From an uncultured bacterium (lineage in GTDB: Bacteria > Verrucomicrobiota > Verrucomicrobiia > Verrucomicrobiales > DEV007): 64,000 nucleotides of DNA. The DNA is taken from positions 96,001 through 160,000 of the forward strand of contig CAXBMO010000011.1 in assembly GCA_963977015.1 (NCBI GenBank), written 5' to 3'. The notes below the pieces were generated by a model that saw only the letters and a list, made by a program, of their open reading frames with translations, had not been told where the DNA came from and made no database searches. Made by a program: the position numbers and the translations under genes. This document shows, in pieces, positions 39,590-49,005 of this stretch (positions are counted from its first letter, which is position 1; the number at the start of each line of letters is the position of its first letter).

Positions 39590-40998
39590 AATTGGAAGTA
39601 GATAAAGGGAGATGACCCGATTGGAGAGTATAACAGAACTCCAAGAAGCAAAACGGCTACGATTAATTGTCCCTTGAACGTTGTCAGGTCCAGTGGCGGA
39701 TAGGGCGACAAAGAGTGGGTCTCCCGGTAACGTCCAACCGCATGAGCGACGAAGACCATGGGCAGGAGGATGAGCAACGGGGCGTAGATCCACTCAATGC
39801 CCGGGCCGTGATCAAATAGCATCCGGTTCGCAATGGTTAAGCCTTCCGATAAGGTTGGGATGCGGAAGAGCAGCCACCCGAATCCGACGATGGTCATGGT
39901 GATGATCCAACCCAGGAACTGCCCAATCCAGCCGCTTGGCCATCCCAGTTTGGCGTTCTCCCAGTACCGGTTGATGGCCAATGCTCCGCCGTGGAGGAAG
40001 CCCCAAAGGACAAAATTCCAACTGGCGCCGTGCCACAGGCCACCCAGAACCATCGTGGTCATGAGATTCACGTAGGTTCTTCCCCTGCCTTTTCGATTTC
40101 CGCCTAGGGAGATATAGAGATAATCCCTGAGCCAGGCCGAAAGGGAGATATGCCAGCGGTGCCAGAAATCCCGAATCGATGTTGCGGAGTAGGGGATGTT
40201 GAAATTCTTGGGGAGTCGAAATCCCAGACACAAGGCCAGCCCGATTGCCATCTCGGAATATCCCGAGAAGTCGCAAAAAATTTGCAGCGAATAAGCGATG
40301 AGCGCGAGCCAAAGCGTCGCTGCATGGTAGGTGTCGGAGGCTCCATAGACGCTGTCTACATAGATGGCGAGGCGGTCAGCGATCAGGGCTTTTTTGATCA
40401 GTCCCGACAGAAAGATCACAATGCCGTTCGAGAAATTCGCCGGGGTAAAGCGGACCGGATTGCGTAGCTGGGGAAGGAATTCTTTCGCCCGGACAATGGG
40501 CCCCGCCACGAGTTGTGGAAAAAAGGCAATAAAGAGCGCAAAATCCCGGAAGGAGTCAGCCGGTTTGAGTTTGTCTCGATAGATGTCGATCGAGTAGCTC
40601 ATCGATTGAAACGTAAAAAAGGAAATTCCGACCGGAAGGATGATCTCCAGGGTTGAGACGCCCCAGCCGAGCGGAGTCAGCAACCGGTTGGCGCTCTCGA
40701 TGAAAAAGTTGAAGTATTTGAAGATGCCGAGAATCCCGAGGTTCAAGCAGAGGCTGAAACCCAGGTACCGTTTCCGCAGCCGGGAATCCGTGGTTCGAAA
40801 GATTCGTCCCCCGAGGAAGTAGTCGAGGGATGTGGTTAGCCAAATGAGGGCCAGGAACCGGATGTCCCACCATCCATAAAAGACGTAGCTGGCAACCAGG
40901 AGGATGGTTTTTCGGTAGCCGGAGTTTTGGGAGAGGAGCATGGCCCCAATCACCAGCGCAAAGAAGACTGGAAAGATCAGACTCGAAAAGATCATCAA
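39586..40998 (-). CDS. MBOAT family O-acyltransferase (AlgI/PatA-like)
   Basis: LPVGISFFTFQ, FFPQLVAGPI, DFSGYS, FWHRWHISLS and GLWHGASW (catalytic His). Confidence 0.95.
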   Translation of the reverse strand: MMIFSSLIFPVFFALVIGAMLLSQNSGYRKTILLVASYVFYGWWDIRFLALIWLTTSLDYFLGGRIFRTTDSRLRKRYLGFSLCLNLGILGIFKYFNFFIESANRLLTPLGWGVSTLEIILPVGISFFTFQSMSYSIDIYRDKLKPADSFRDFALFIAFFPQLVAGPIVRAKEFLPQLRNPVRFTPANFSNGIVIFLSGLIKKALIADRLAIYVDSVYGASDTYHAATLWLALIAYSLQIFCDFSGYSEMAIGLALCLGFRLPKNFNIPYSATSIRDFWHRWHISLSAWLRDYLYISLGGNRKGRGRTYVNLMTTMVLGGLWHGASWNFVLWGFLHGGALAINRYWENAKLGWPSGWIGQFLGWIITMTIVGFGWLLFRIPTLSEGLTIANRMLFDHGPGIEWIYAPLLILLPMVFVAHAVGRYRETHSLSPYPPLDLTTFKGQLIVAVLLLGVLLYSPIGSSPFIYFQF

Positions 40999-41000
40999 TC

Positions 41001-42065
41001 CTAGAGATTGAGTGTTTTGAGATAGCGGCTGAGGAGAGCCGAAACCTTTTGGTGTCCGATGCGGTTCAAGTGACCTCTGCCGGGAACCGAGTTGGCAAAT
41101 CCCGTGGGAGGAGAATGCTCATTGCGAAGAGCATCCAAAAACGCCTCTCTGGTGCGGAGGACGTCAATTCCCGCTTCCTGGCATGCGGCAAACAGGTAGG
41201 ACTCCAAGGGGGAATCCGCGGGTGTCTCGGTTAGTCCGGCGGGGATGGAGATTTCGTCGATGTATAAGATCGTGAGCAATTGGTTTCCGTAGCGGTCGAT
41301 GAGCTCGCTGATCTGCCAGTCGATGAGATTCTTGAATTCCGGAGCAATCTCCGGGCGAACCGTTGTTTCCTTCGACACGGCGACCTTCTTTTTGGGCTTA
41401 AGGTTGCCGGGTAGGAACGAGTTTTTGGACAAGCCCAGGGAACGAATTCGGAGGTAACTCCATCCGATAAACGGGGCGATGCTGATGAACTGGTCCTTCT
41501 TCAGCTTCAATGCCTGGGTTTCCGAGTCATTGGAAACGATCGAAAATTCAGAATCGGACGGTGTGATGAAAAAGTCTTTTACGGGATTGGTCGCATCTTC
41601 CAGCCAGTCATCGATCCGGCACTGGACAATCACTCGGTCAGGTTCCAGTCGCTCACGAAGGGAATCGCTGAACATCAACGCGTCGCACATGGAGCGCCCA
41701 CTCATTCCCAGATTGATGACGGTGGAGGATTCAAGCTGATCCTCCAGCAGCGAACAGAAGTTCAGAGGGCGTGGAACTTGAAGCGCTTCGGTAAAGGAAT
41801 CTCCCAAAACCACAATGGTTCGTTCGCTCTCGTTACCGCGATTCGCGATCGCGCCGGATGGATTGTTGAACCCAAACTCGTCATGCCGAATCCACGCAAA
41901 GCCTTCGCTGCCGTGAACATGAAGGGAGTTGGGCTGGTAGTGGGGGCCAAACGGGCCGTCTCGTTCGATCTTTGGAAGCCGAAGGGTGGTGAGAGAAATG
42001 ACGAGATTCCAAAAAACGGCAGCCACGATCAATGCCGCTGCAGATCTGAGAAGGATTCGGTACAT
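41001..42065 (-). CDS. SGNH/GDSL-family protein with N-terminal membrane anchor, probable partner of the MBOAT
   Basis: VLGDSFT, INLGMSG and GHLNRIGH. Ends 2 nt before the MBOAT start. Start moved to MYRILL. Confidence 0.85.
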   Translation of the reverse strand: MYRILLRSAAALIVAAVFWNLVISLTTLRLPKIERDGPFGPHYQPNSLHVHGSEGFAWIRHDEFGFNNPSGAIANRGNESERTIVVLGDSFTEALQVPRPLNFCSLLEDQLESSTVINLGMSGRSMCDALMFSDSLRERLEPDRVIVQCRIDDWLEDATNPVKDFFITPSDSEFSIVSNDSETQALKLKKDQFISIAPFIGWSYLRIRSLGLSKNSFLPGNLKPKKKVAVSKETTVRPEIAPEFKNLIDWQISELIDRYGNQLLTILYIDEISIPAGLTETPADSPLESYLFAACQEAGIDVLRTREAFLDALRNEHSPPTGFANSVPGRGHLNRIGHQKVSALLSRYLKTLNL

Positions 42066-42242
42066 TTGCTGGGTCAATAAGGCACTAACGCCAGGCAAAC
42101 TCACAGTATCGCCATTTGGCGGCCGCACGATGCTACCATGATTCGTTTGAATGGCAAAAAACTTCGCTTTTTGCGCTTTCGTGGACATGTTGATCCCCCC
42201 TGCGTTTGGCCACGGCGGCCACCAACGCGGTGAGATTTGAGT

Positions 42243-43316
42243 GTGACTCCCCAACTGATCAGCATTGACGAAATTCAGGATTTTTCGGAATTCAGCGAAG
42301 TCGTCGACGTGCGTTCTCCTTCCGAATTTGCGGAAGATCATTTGCCCGGGGCCATCAACTTGCCGGTTTTGTCTGATGAAGAACGGGCCATCGTCGGAGA
42401 CCTCTACCACAATGAATCGAAGTTTACGGCGCGTCGACATGGCGCGGCATTGGTAACGCGAAACATTTCGGAGATGCTGGCCGGGCATTTCTCGGTCAAG
42501 CCGGGGGACTATCAGCCTTTGGTGTATTGCTGGCGTGGTGGTCAGCGTTCCAACAGCCTGGCCACGCTTCTGACCGCCATTGGTTGGAGGGTGAGAATTC
42601 TGAACGGGGGTTACAAGGCCTACCGAAGTTGGGTGATTCGCAGCCTTGAAGAAGGCTTTGAATGCCCGGAGTTACGGCTGTTCATCGTTGCCGGGCTGAC
42701 CGGATCCGGGAAGACCCAGATGCTGCATCAGCTGAGGGCGCGAGGCGAGCAGGTTCTCGACCTGGAGGCGCTGGCGAATCATCGAGGCTCAATTCTCGGG
42801 AGCGAACCGGGAAGCCGCCAGCCTCACCAAAAGCGATTTGAAAGCCGATTGGTGGGGGCCCTGCAAAGTTTTGACCGATCTCGTCCGGTGTTTGTGGAGT
42901 CGGAGAGCCACCGTGTTGGTGAACTCTACGTTCCGGGATCGTTGTGGAAATCGATGAAGGCTTCGCCGGTCATCGAATTGACGGTGGATCTGGAGGAACG
43001 AGTTCAGTTTCTTTGCCGGCATTACCTGCATTTTCAGCAAGATCAGGACCGTTTGATCGAGTGCTTGGATGTGCTTCGGCGCCTCCAGGGCAATAGTCGG
43101 GTGGAGCACTGGATCTCTTTGGTGCGCGATGGCGATTGGGATGGACTGGTTCGATCCCTGTTGGTCGATCACTATGACTCGGCCTACAAGAGCTCGCGTT
43201 CCAAGTTTGAAGGGGAGCGCCTCGGAACGATTTCCCTGGATTCGCTGTCGGAAAGCGGGATCGAAGCTGGAGTGGATCAGGTTTTGGAGCTGAGTTCCGG
43301 CGTCGGCGTGAAATAA
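42243..43316 (+). CDS. mnmH: tRNA 2-selenouridine(34) synthase
   Basis: Rhodanese domain DVRSPSEF...HLPGAINLP, YCWRGGQRS and GGYKAYR; P-loop GLTGSGKT; DLEALANHRGS; QKRFES. Confidence 0.95.
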   Translation: MTPQLISIDEIQDFSEFSEVVDVRSPSEFAEDHLPGAINLPVLSDEERAIVGDLYHNESKFTARRHGAALVTRNISEMLAGHFSVKPGDYQPLVYCWRGGQRSNSLATLLTAIGWRVRILNGGYKAYRSWVIRSLEEGFECPELRLFIVAGLTGSGKTQMLHQLRARGEQVLDLEALANHRGSILGSEPGSRQPHQKRFESRLVGALQSFDRSRPVFVESESHRVGELYVPGSLWKSMKASPVIELTVDLEERVQFLCRHYLHFQQDQDRLIECLDVLRRLQGNSRVEHWISLVRDGDWDGLVRSLLVDHYDSAYKSSRSKFEGERLGTISLDSLSESGIEAGVDQVLELSSGVGVK

Positions 43317-43357
43317 GCGACCGGCAAAGTCCGTGCCTCTACCTATCCTTCCGGCCT

Positions 43358-44593
43358 ATGAAACCCCTTCACCTCACACTTCTCTGCCTTTTTGCGCTTC
43401 ACTCGGTCCAGGGAGCACCCGAATGGCCACGTTTTCGTGGTGAAAACGGCGCGGGAGTGGTTGAGGAAGCCAACATCCCGGCGGCATGGAGTGAGGGCGA
43501 TTATCTCTGGAAGGTTGACCTTCCCGGCGTTGGTCACGGCTCCATGGCCGTAGCCGGCGATCGCATTTTCCTGCTTTGCGCCGACGAGAAATCGAGCGAG
43601 AGAATGCCGGTCTGCATCAGCGCCAGGGACGGTTCCGTTCTCTGGTCGAAAACCTATTCAACCGAGCAGTTCAAGGGCCACCGCTTCAACAGTCCGGCCT
43701 CGACAACTCCGGCGGTTGATGACGAGAAGGTCTACTACACGTGGGGGACCAAGGAGCGGTTGACCGCCGTGGCGCTCAGTCACGAAGGGGAGCAAATCTG
43801 GATGGCCGATTTGGGACCCATCAAGGGCGGGCATGGGTTCGGTGCGTCGCCGATGGTTTACAAGGATTTGGTCGTCATTAACAATGATCAGGATGGCGAC
43901 AGCAGCCTGATCGCTCTCGACAAAAATACCGGTAACGTTCGCTGGGAAATCCCGCGGCAGAGCATTCGTCTGAGCTATTCCGTTCCGGTGGTTCTTCCAA
44001 CTGAGGACCGTGGTGATATTTTGGTTTTCACGAACTGGCAACACGGTTTTACCGCAGTGGATCCGCAAACCGGCGAAGTGCTGAGCGAGATTCGCGTCTT
44101 CGATCTGGAGGCCAAGGAGCGGGCGATCAGTTCACCCGTTTTGGCGGGAAATCTCGTTCTCGGCACCTGCGGGTTCACCAATGAGCCGAAGCAGGCCGTG
44201 GCGGTGAAATGGAATGGACAAGGGCTCGAGGAAGTTTGGCGCATCACGCGAAACGTGCCTCATATCCCCAGTCCCATCGTCATCCGCAATCGGGTTTACT
44301 TCTGGGAAGACAAGGGGATCGGCACCTGCGTCGATCATCAAACCGGTGAGGTGATCTGGCGGGAGCGCATCGGTGGAGCCACGTTTTTCAGCTCACCCGT
44401 CAGCGATGGCGAAAAGATCTTCGGGATCGATGCCGATGGGGTCGTCGTCACCTTGGCGGCGAGCGATGACTACCAGGAACTGGCGCGAACCAAACTGGGC
44501 AATGGCGTCGTCTGTCGAAGCACGCCGGTGATCGCCCATGGCAACATCTACGTGCGCACCTTTGACCAACTGATTGCTGTCAAAGGGCGGTAG
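43358..44593 (+). CDS. PQQ-binding-like beta-propeller protein, secreted
   Basis: Signal peptide, WPRFRG, and repeated SP/TP and TG..xW blades. Confidence 0.9.
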   Translation: MKPLHLTLLCLFALHSVQGAPEWPRFRGENGAGVVEEANIPAAWSEGDYLWKVDLPGVGHGSMAVAGDRIFLLCADEKSSERMPVCISARDGSVLWSKTYSTEQFKGHRFNSPASTTPAVDDEKVYYTWGTKERLTAVALSHEGEQIWMADLGPIKGGHGFGASPMVYKDLVVINNDQDGDSSLIALDKNTGNVRWEIPRQSIRLSYSVPVVLPTEDRGDILVFTNWQHGFTAVDPQTGEVLSEIRVFDLEAKERAISSPVLAGNLVLGTCGFTNEPKQAVAVKWNGQGLEEVWRITRNVPHIPSPIVIRNRVYFWEDKGIGTCVDHQTGEVIWRERIGGATFFSSPVSDGEKIFGIDADGVVVTLAASDDYQELARTKLGNGVVCRSTPVIAHGNIYVRTFDQLIAVKGR

Positions 44594-44602
44594 CCGCGGA
44601 AT

Positions 44603-45925
44603 TCAATCGGACGATGCCTGGAAGAAACCTTCCGCCTTGTGGCGCGTCTCTTCGAATTCCAGCTCCGGCTCAGAGTCGGCGACGATGCCCGCCCCGACGT
44701 GAAAATGGAGGGTCTCGTTCTCGCGAACCGCGCTCCGGATCACAATGTTGAACTGGCTCTCTCCGTTCAGCCCGAAGTAACCGATCGTTCCGGTGTAAAC
44801 TCCCCGCTCAATCGGCTCCAGCTCGGCGATGATCTCCCGCGCACGCTTTTTGGGCGCGCCGGTAATCGAGCCGCCCGGAAAACAGGCCTTCAACGCATTC
44901 ACATGGTTGATTTCGCTCTTCAGCCGACCTTGCACGGTGGATACAAGATGGAAGACCTGTTCGTAGGTTTCGAGCTCGAGAAGCCGGGATGCCTGCACAC
45001 TGCCAAACTCGCAAACCTGGCCAAGATCGTTGCGCTCCAGATCCGTGATCATGATCAACTCCGCGCGCTCCTTTTCCGATGTGATCAAATCATACCGGCT
45101 CCGCTCATCCCTTTCCGTGTCCCGAAACCGGGGACGGGTTCCCTTGATGGGGCGGGTTTGGATCCCTCGTCCGCTCAGCTTCAGAAACTGCTCGGGCGAC
45201 GATGATAAAATCTGGCGATTGCAAAGATTCAGGTAGGCGGAAAACGGGGCCGGGGAGGCGTCGCGAAGCGCTTCGTAGAAGGCGAACGGGTCAAGGTCGG
45301 GAGGGAACGGCGCCTGAAAACGCCGGGTCAAATTCACCTGATAGATGTCTCCCGCCGCGATGTAATCTTTCGCCTTGCGCACGAGACGGCAGAACTCCGC
45401 CTTGCCCATGTCCGCCTGGAACTCCAGGGGCGGGAGCGCCGGCCTGGGTTCGGGCGCATCTGGGAGCCGTTGCGCGAGCCCGCCGTAGTCGAACCATTCC
45501 GCCGTGCGGTGCCGGAACACGAGAATCCTTGGATAAAGCCCGAACTCGAACTCGCCGTTGTAGGCAATCGTTCCAAAGGCGCCGCCGAGCGGAAACCCCA
45601 GATCCGGGGCCGATTCGATCGCATTGTCGCGCAGCCAACGCTCCAGCTTCGAGGTATCGCGGAGATCCCCGTGCACCACCTCCTCGGGCTCGAAGGTCAA
45701 CAGCGAAATCTCATCGCCCGATTGGCTCAAGCTCGACGAGTCGAGGAAAATCGCTTCCGGCTGATCCGCAATGCGGGCAAAGACCTCATTCGGCTGCACA
45801 TCCGGCCAGTCGAGGCGGTTCAGGAGATTCTTGCTGTGGTTGGGAACAATCGGACTCACAAGCGAACGCCTAATGGAACCTGTTCCGGCCAAAGCGCAAT
45901 CCCGCGTTGTGTCAGTTTCCGCCAA
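44603..45925 (-). CDS. pabB: Aminodeoxychorismate synthase component I (PabB/TrpE family); true start probably 60-80 nt downstream of 45925
   Basis: GDIYQVNL, SSSPEQF, PIKGTRPR (PabB-type), DLERNDLG, FPGGSITGAPK and GAGIVADS. Confidence 0.85.
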   Translation of the reverse strand: MAETDTTRDCALAGTGSIRRSLVSPIVPNHSKNLLNRLDWPDVQPNEVFARIADQPEAIFLDSSSLSQSGDEISLLTFEPEEVVHGDLRDTSKLERWLRDNAIESAPDLGFPLGGAFGTIAYNGEFEFGLYPRILVFRHRTAEWFDYGGLAQRLPDAPEPRPALPPLEFQADMGKAEFCRLVRKAKDYIAAGDIYQVNLTRRFQAPFPPDLDPFAFYEALRDASPAPFSAYLNLCNRQILSSSPEQFLKLSGRGIQTRPIKGTRPRFRDTERDERSRYDLITSEKERAELIMITDLERNDLGQVCEFGSVQASRLLELETYEQVFHLVSTVQGRLKSEINHVNALKACFPGGSITGAPKKRAREIIAELEPIERGVYTGTIGYFGLNGESQFNIVIRSAVRENETLHFHVGAGIVADSEPELEFEETRHKAEGFFQASSD

Positions 45926-46003
45926 AAACAGCGCATAAATCCCGGAAGATGGCTCGAAAAAAGGAGAGACAAGACACGTTCAGCCCTCTAACATGTTGGC
46001 GTC

Positions 46004-46705
46004 ATGAAAATCTCCTTTCTGATCGCCACGTTGTTGGCCATGTGGAGCGCAGGGCTCCATGCGCGAACCTGGACCAGCGCCGACGGCACCAAAACCTTCG
46101 AAGCAGAATTACGGTCCTACCACGTCGCCAGCGGAACCGTCGCGGTGGTTACCGACAAGGGAGTGCTGATGAAGTTTCCGGCCAGCAAACTCTCGGAGGC
46201 AGACAACGCCTACCTCAAAGAGCAAAACGCCCTCAAGCCCGCCCCATCCGAGGACCCTGCCGAAATGCTTTCGTCCCAGGCCGTTGGCGAGGAGGTTCTG
46301 AAAGCCAAGCTCCATCGCCTTGAAGGCAAACGCTTCCGCCGGGCCGAGATCGACAAGGCGCCGGAATATTACATTCTCTACTACTCGGCTTCCTGGTGAG
46401 GCCCCTGCCGTGCTTCTGTTCCACAGGTTGTGGAGAAATACAACAGTAGCGTCGCCGACAACCCCAAGGTTGCCATGATCCACATTTCCCAGGACACCAG
46501 TGAGGACGCTGCGGAGAGTTGGGCGGTCAAGGAAGGCTTTCCCTGGCTCACCGTTCTCCCCGGGGATGTGAAACGCAGCGATTTGTCGAAATACCGCACC
46601 CGGCCCGTCGTGCCATTCTACACCCTGGTCGATGCCTCGGGGAATCAGTTGGCGACCGGATCCGGCGCCGTTTTCGCCAAAGCGGCGGAAGTCGGCGCTC
46701 AGTAA
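46004..46705 (+). CDS. Predicted selenoprotein (233 aa): signal peptide + SHD1-like domain + thioredoxin-like domain with UxxC; TGA 46397-46399 read as Sec132
   Basis: The two track ORFs share a frame and read YYSASW-TGA-GPCRASVPQVVEKY. RTWTSADG...LSEAD is SHD1-like. FPW and VVPFYTLVDASG complete a Trx fold. A hairpin follows the TGA. Confidence 0.85.
46414..46437 (+). promoter_or_regulatory. Candidate bacterial SECIS element
   Basis: TCCACA-GGT-TGTGGA perfect stem (46420-46434), extendable by TTC/GAA. The apical GGU begins 26 nt after the TGA. Confidence 0.7.
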
Positions 46706-46748
46706 ATCACCGTTCGCCCCGTGCGCAGCGCGCCGTCTCAGCGCCGTC

Positions 46749-47429
46749 TCAGCGCTGTTTCTCCCAAGGAAACCGCACGTAATCGGTCGACCAATTGCCG
46801 CTTTCCTTCTTCTGCTCGAACAGGAGGCGGTTCGGTTCCCGTTTCGCGCGATCGATCCCCTCGGTCTCGCCGATGTGATGGATCACCATCTGCACGTCCT
46901 CGCGCATCTCCGTCTCCACCACCGGATCCGCGCGATAAAAGAAATGGATATCGGTCTGGCCATAGTTCCCCACAAAATCTTCGTCACAGCCGCCGACTTC
47001 CCAATACACCTTCCGCGTCAGCAGCATCGTGCCCGGGTGAATTTTCGTCTTGCCGCTTTCCGGATCAATCCGCTGAAACTTGTAGATCTTGCGCTCGTTC
47101 TTCTCCGCCAACGCCACCACCTTTTCCGCTTCGGACGGAGGCAGAATGTGGTCCATGTCGCTGTGGAACATCCACTCCGTCTCGCACACCTTTGTCCCCA
47201 GATTTCGCGCCCCGCCGATGTTGCAATACATGTCCTCCATCACGCGGTAGATCTCCAGGTGAAAGTCCGGTTCCCCGACCAATTCCGACACCGGCGTTTT
47301 CGAGCAATCGTCCACCAGCATGATGCGAATCTGCTGCTTCAGTTCCTCCGGATAGCTCGCCCAGTTCTCCAGCTGCCGCTGCAGCATTTCCGTCTGGTTG
47401 TAGTAGGTGTAGATGAGTGTCAGTGCCAT
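46749..47429 (-). CDS. GT-A fold glycosyltransferase (GT2/GT7-like)
   Basis: LVDDCS, GGARNLG, DMD (DxD) and VGGCDEDFVGNYGQTD. Confidence 0.85.
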   Translation of the reverse strand: MALTLIYTYYNQTEMLQRQLENWASYPEELKQQIRIMLVDDCSKTPVSELVGEPDFHLEIYRVMEDMYCNIGGARNLGTKVCETEWMFHSDMDHILPPSEAEKVVALAEKNERKIYKFQRIDPESGKTKIHPGTMLLTRKVYWEVGGCDEDFVGNYGQTDIHFFYRADPVVETEMREDVQMVIHHIGETEGIDRAKREPNRLLFEQKKESGNWSTDYVRFPWEKQR

Positions 47430-47442
47430 GCCTGCGTAAGGA

Positions 47443-48039
47443 TCAATGCCATTCCAGGTTGATGCGGTCGGTCAATCCCATGTCCGCGATCCGTTTGCGG
47501 AGTGCCTCGGTTCGCTCGGCCAGTTCGGGAATCTTGCGCTCGTGAGTCTCGACCAAAATCTGCTCGGCGACGTCGTAGGCGCCGGTGTCGAGCAGGCGGT
47601 TCACCACCTCCAGTTCCGCCCCTTCAACGTCGATCTTCAGAACCGTGACCTTGGTGTCGAGCGATTGGAGAAACTCGGCCAGGTCGATCGTTTCAACTTC
47701 GACCGGAGCCGCCGTATTCACGTTGCCCTTGAAGTCGAGGAGTGAGGATCCGTTCGCCGTTTTCAGCGTTTCCGGCCCCAAATCCTCGTGGAGAAAGAAG
47801 CTCGCCGTCGCGTTTTTGTCGGACACGGCCTTCTGATACAGCGTCAGGTCTTTGGCATCGGCAAAGCGCTCTTTCAGATGGCGAACGGCTGCTGGATTCG
47901 GCTCAAAGGCGTGAACCACGGCTCCTTTTTCGAGGAACACTTCAATGGTGTCGCCAATGCTTGCTCCACAATCCACAACGACGGAACCCGGGGCGAGTTC
48001 CAGCGTCTTGAGAAAGGTTTCGTCGAGTTTTCCAGTCAT
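47443..48039 (-). CDS. FkbM family methyltransferase
   Basis: VVDCGASIG, HAFEPNP and LKIDVEGAE. Confidence 0.92.
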   Translation of the reverse strand: MTGKLDETFLKTLELAPGSVVVDCGASIGDTIEVFLEKGAVVHAFEPNPAAVRHLKERFADAKDLTLYQKAVSDKNATASFFLHEDLGPETLKTANGSSLLDFKGNVNTAAPVEVETIDLAEFLQSLDTKVTVLKIDVEGAELEVVNRLLDTGAYDVAEQILVETHERKIPELAERTEALRKRIADMGLTDRINLEWH

Positions 48040-48048
48040 GATGGGGTG

Positions 48049-48978
48049 TTAGAGAACGCTCTTTACGAGTTCGGTCCATTCGTCGCGAAACCGGTCAATG
48101 TGAAACACTTTCTGGGCGGTTTCGCGACCAGCGCCGCCGATGCGTCGCGTCAGGTCAGGGTCGTTTTGTAAGAGCCGAAGATGGTCGATCAATTCGTCGA
48201 TGTCATCCGAACAATAGCCGTTTACGCCATTTTCGATGTAGTCGGATTCTCCCTGCGAAGCGGTGCTCACCACCGCCAACCCGCAAAGCATCGCCTCCGC
48301 CCGCGTTCGCGGATTCGGAGACGCGTGGGCTGGATTCAGCAAAATGCTGGAGTGGCTCAGAAAATCGCGATATCCGTCCCAGCTCGAAAACTTCACGTCC
48401 CGGCCCACCCAACACAGGTGAATTCCCGCGTCTTCGATTTTCGTCACGGCTTCGTGATTGCGAAACTGTGAGTGGCGCCCCGCCTGGTGCGACTGCACCA
48501 CGACAACGCGTGGATCTGAGTAATCCGTTTGCGGCCATTCCTCGGGGCTGAACCCATGGAGGATCGGTCGCGAGTTCGCAAGTCCCCAAAGTCGATGCGA
48601 CGTCGTGCTGTTGGCGACCACCGGCAGATCACCCAGAAAATCCTGCATCTCCTGGGACGAACACCCATCCACCATGTTGCACCCGTGATTGATCACGATC
48701 TTCGGCCCCTCAAAATGCGAGCGCCAATACTCAAACAGGTTGCGCTTGTCGATCTCATCCAACGTCCATTGATCCACATGGAGAAGCATCACCTCGCTCT
48801 CGTTCGCCTCATGGGAAGGAATGAGCCGCACGTGATCGGGGAGGGGACGATGCTGCGACGCCCACATCCGGCTGGTATCGGTAATCAGCGACCACTCGAA
48901 CGGGACTTTGAACAGTTCGTAGTCATGCCCAATATGCCAGGGATACTTGACGACCTTGATCGGAGCTTCGTTGGGCAT
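48049..48978 (-). CDS. GT-B fold glycosyltransferase (GT4-like)
   Basis: EAMLCGLAVVST, IENGVNGY and IGGAGRETAQKVF. Confidence 0.85.
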   Translation of the reverse strand: MPNEAPIKVVKYPWHIGHDYELFKVPFEWSLITDTSRMWASQHRPLPDHVRLIPSHEANESEVMLLHVDQWTLDEIDKRNLFEYWRSHFEGPKIVINHGCNMVDGCSSQEMQDFLGDLPVVANSTTSHRLWGLANSRPILHGFSPEEWPQTDYSDPRVVVVQSHQAGRHSQFRNHEAVTKIEDAGIHLCWVGRDVKFSSWDGYRDFLSHSSILLNPAHASPNPRTRAEAMLCGLAVVSTASQGESDYIENGVNGYCSDDIDELIDHLRLLQNDPDLTRRIGGAGRETAQKVFHIDRFRDEWTELVKSVL

Positions 48979-49005
48979 CGAAAAAAACGCTTCGCAGCCG
49001 AAGGG

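Noticed and set aside
42066-42488. N-terminal extension of the SGNH ORF, and similar extensions of the track ORFs 3282-4361, 9678-10694, 38177-39589 and 54996-57827
   Set aside because: These overlap neighbouring genes or lack recognisable features. Downstream starts match the family N-termini.
46004-46705. Two separate small genes or a nonsense pseudogene
   Set aside because: The single stop is TGA, sits exactly at the catalytic Cys position and is followed by a SECIS-like hairpin. Sec recoding explains this better, though it is unproven.
46730-46751. 11-bp tandem duplication GCGCCGTCTCA between convergent genes
   Set aside because: Only two copies; likely a local slippage event with no evident function.
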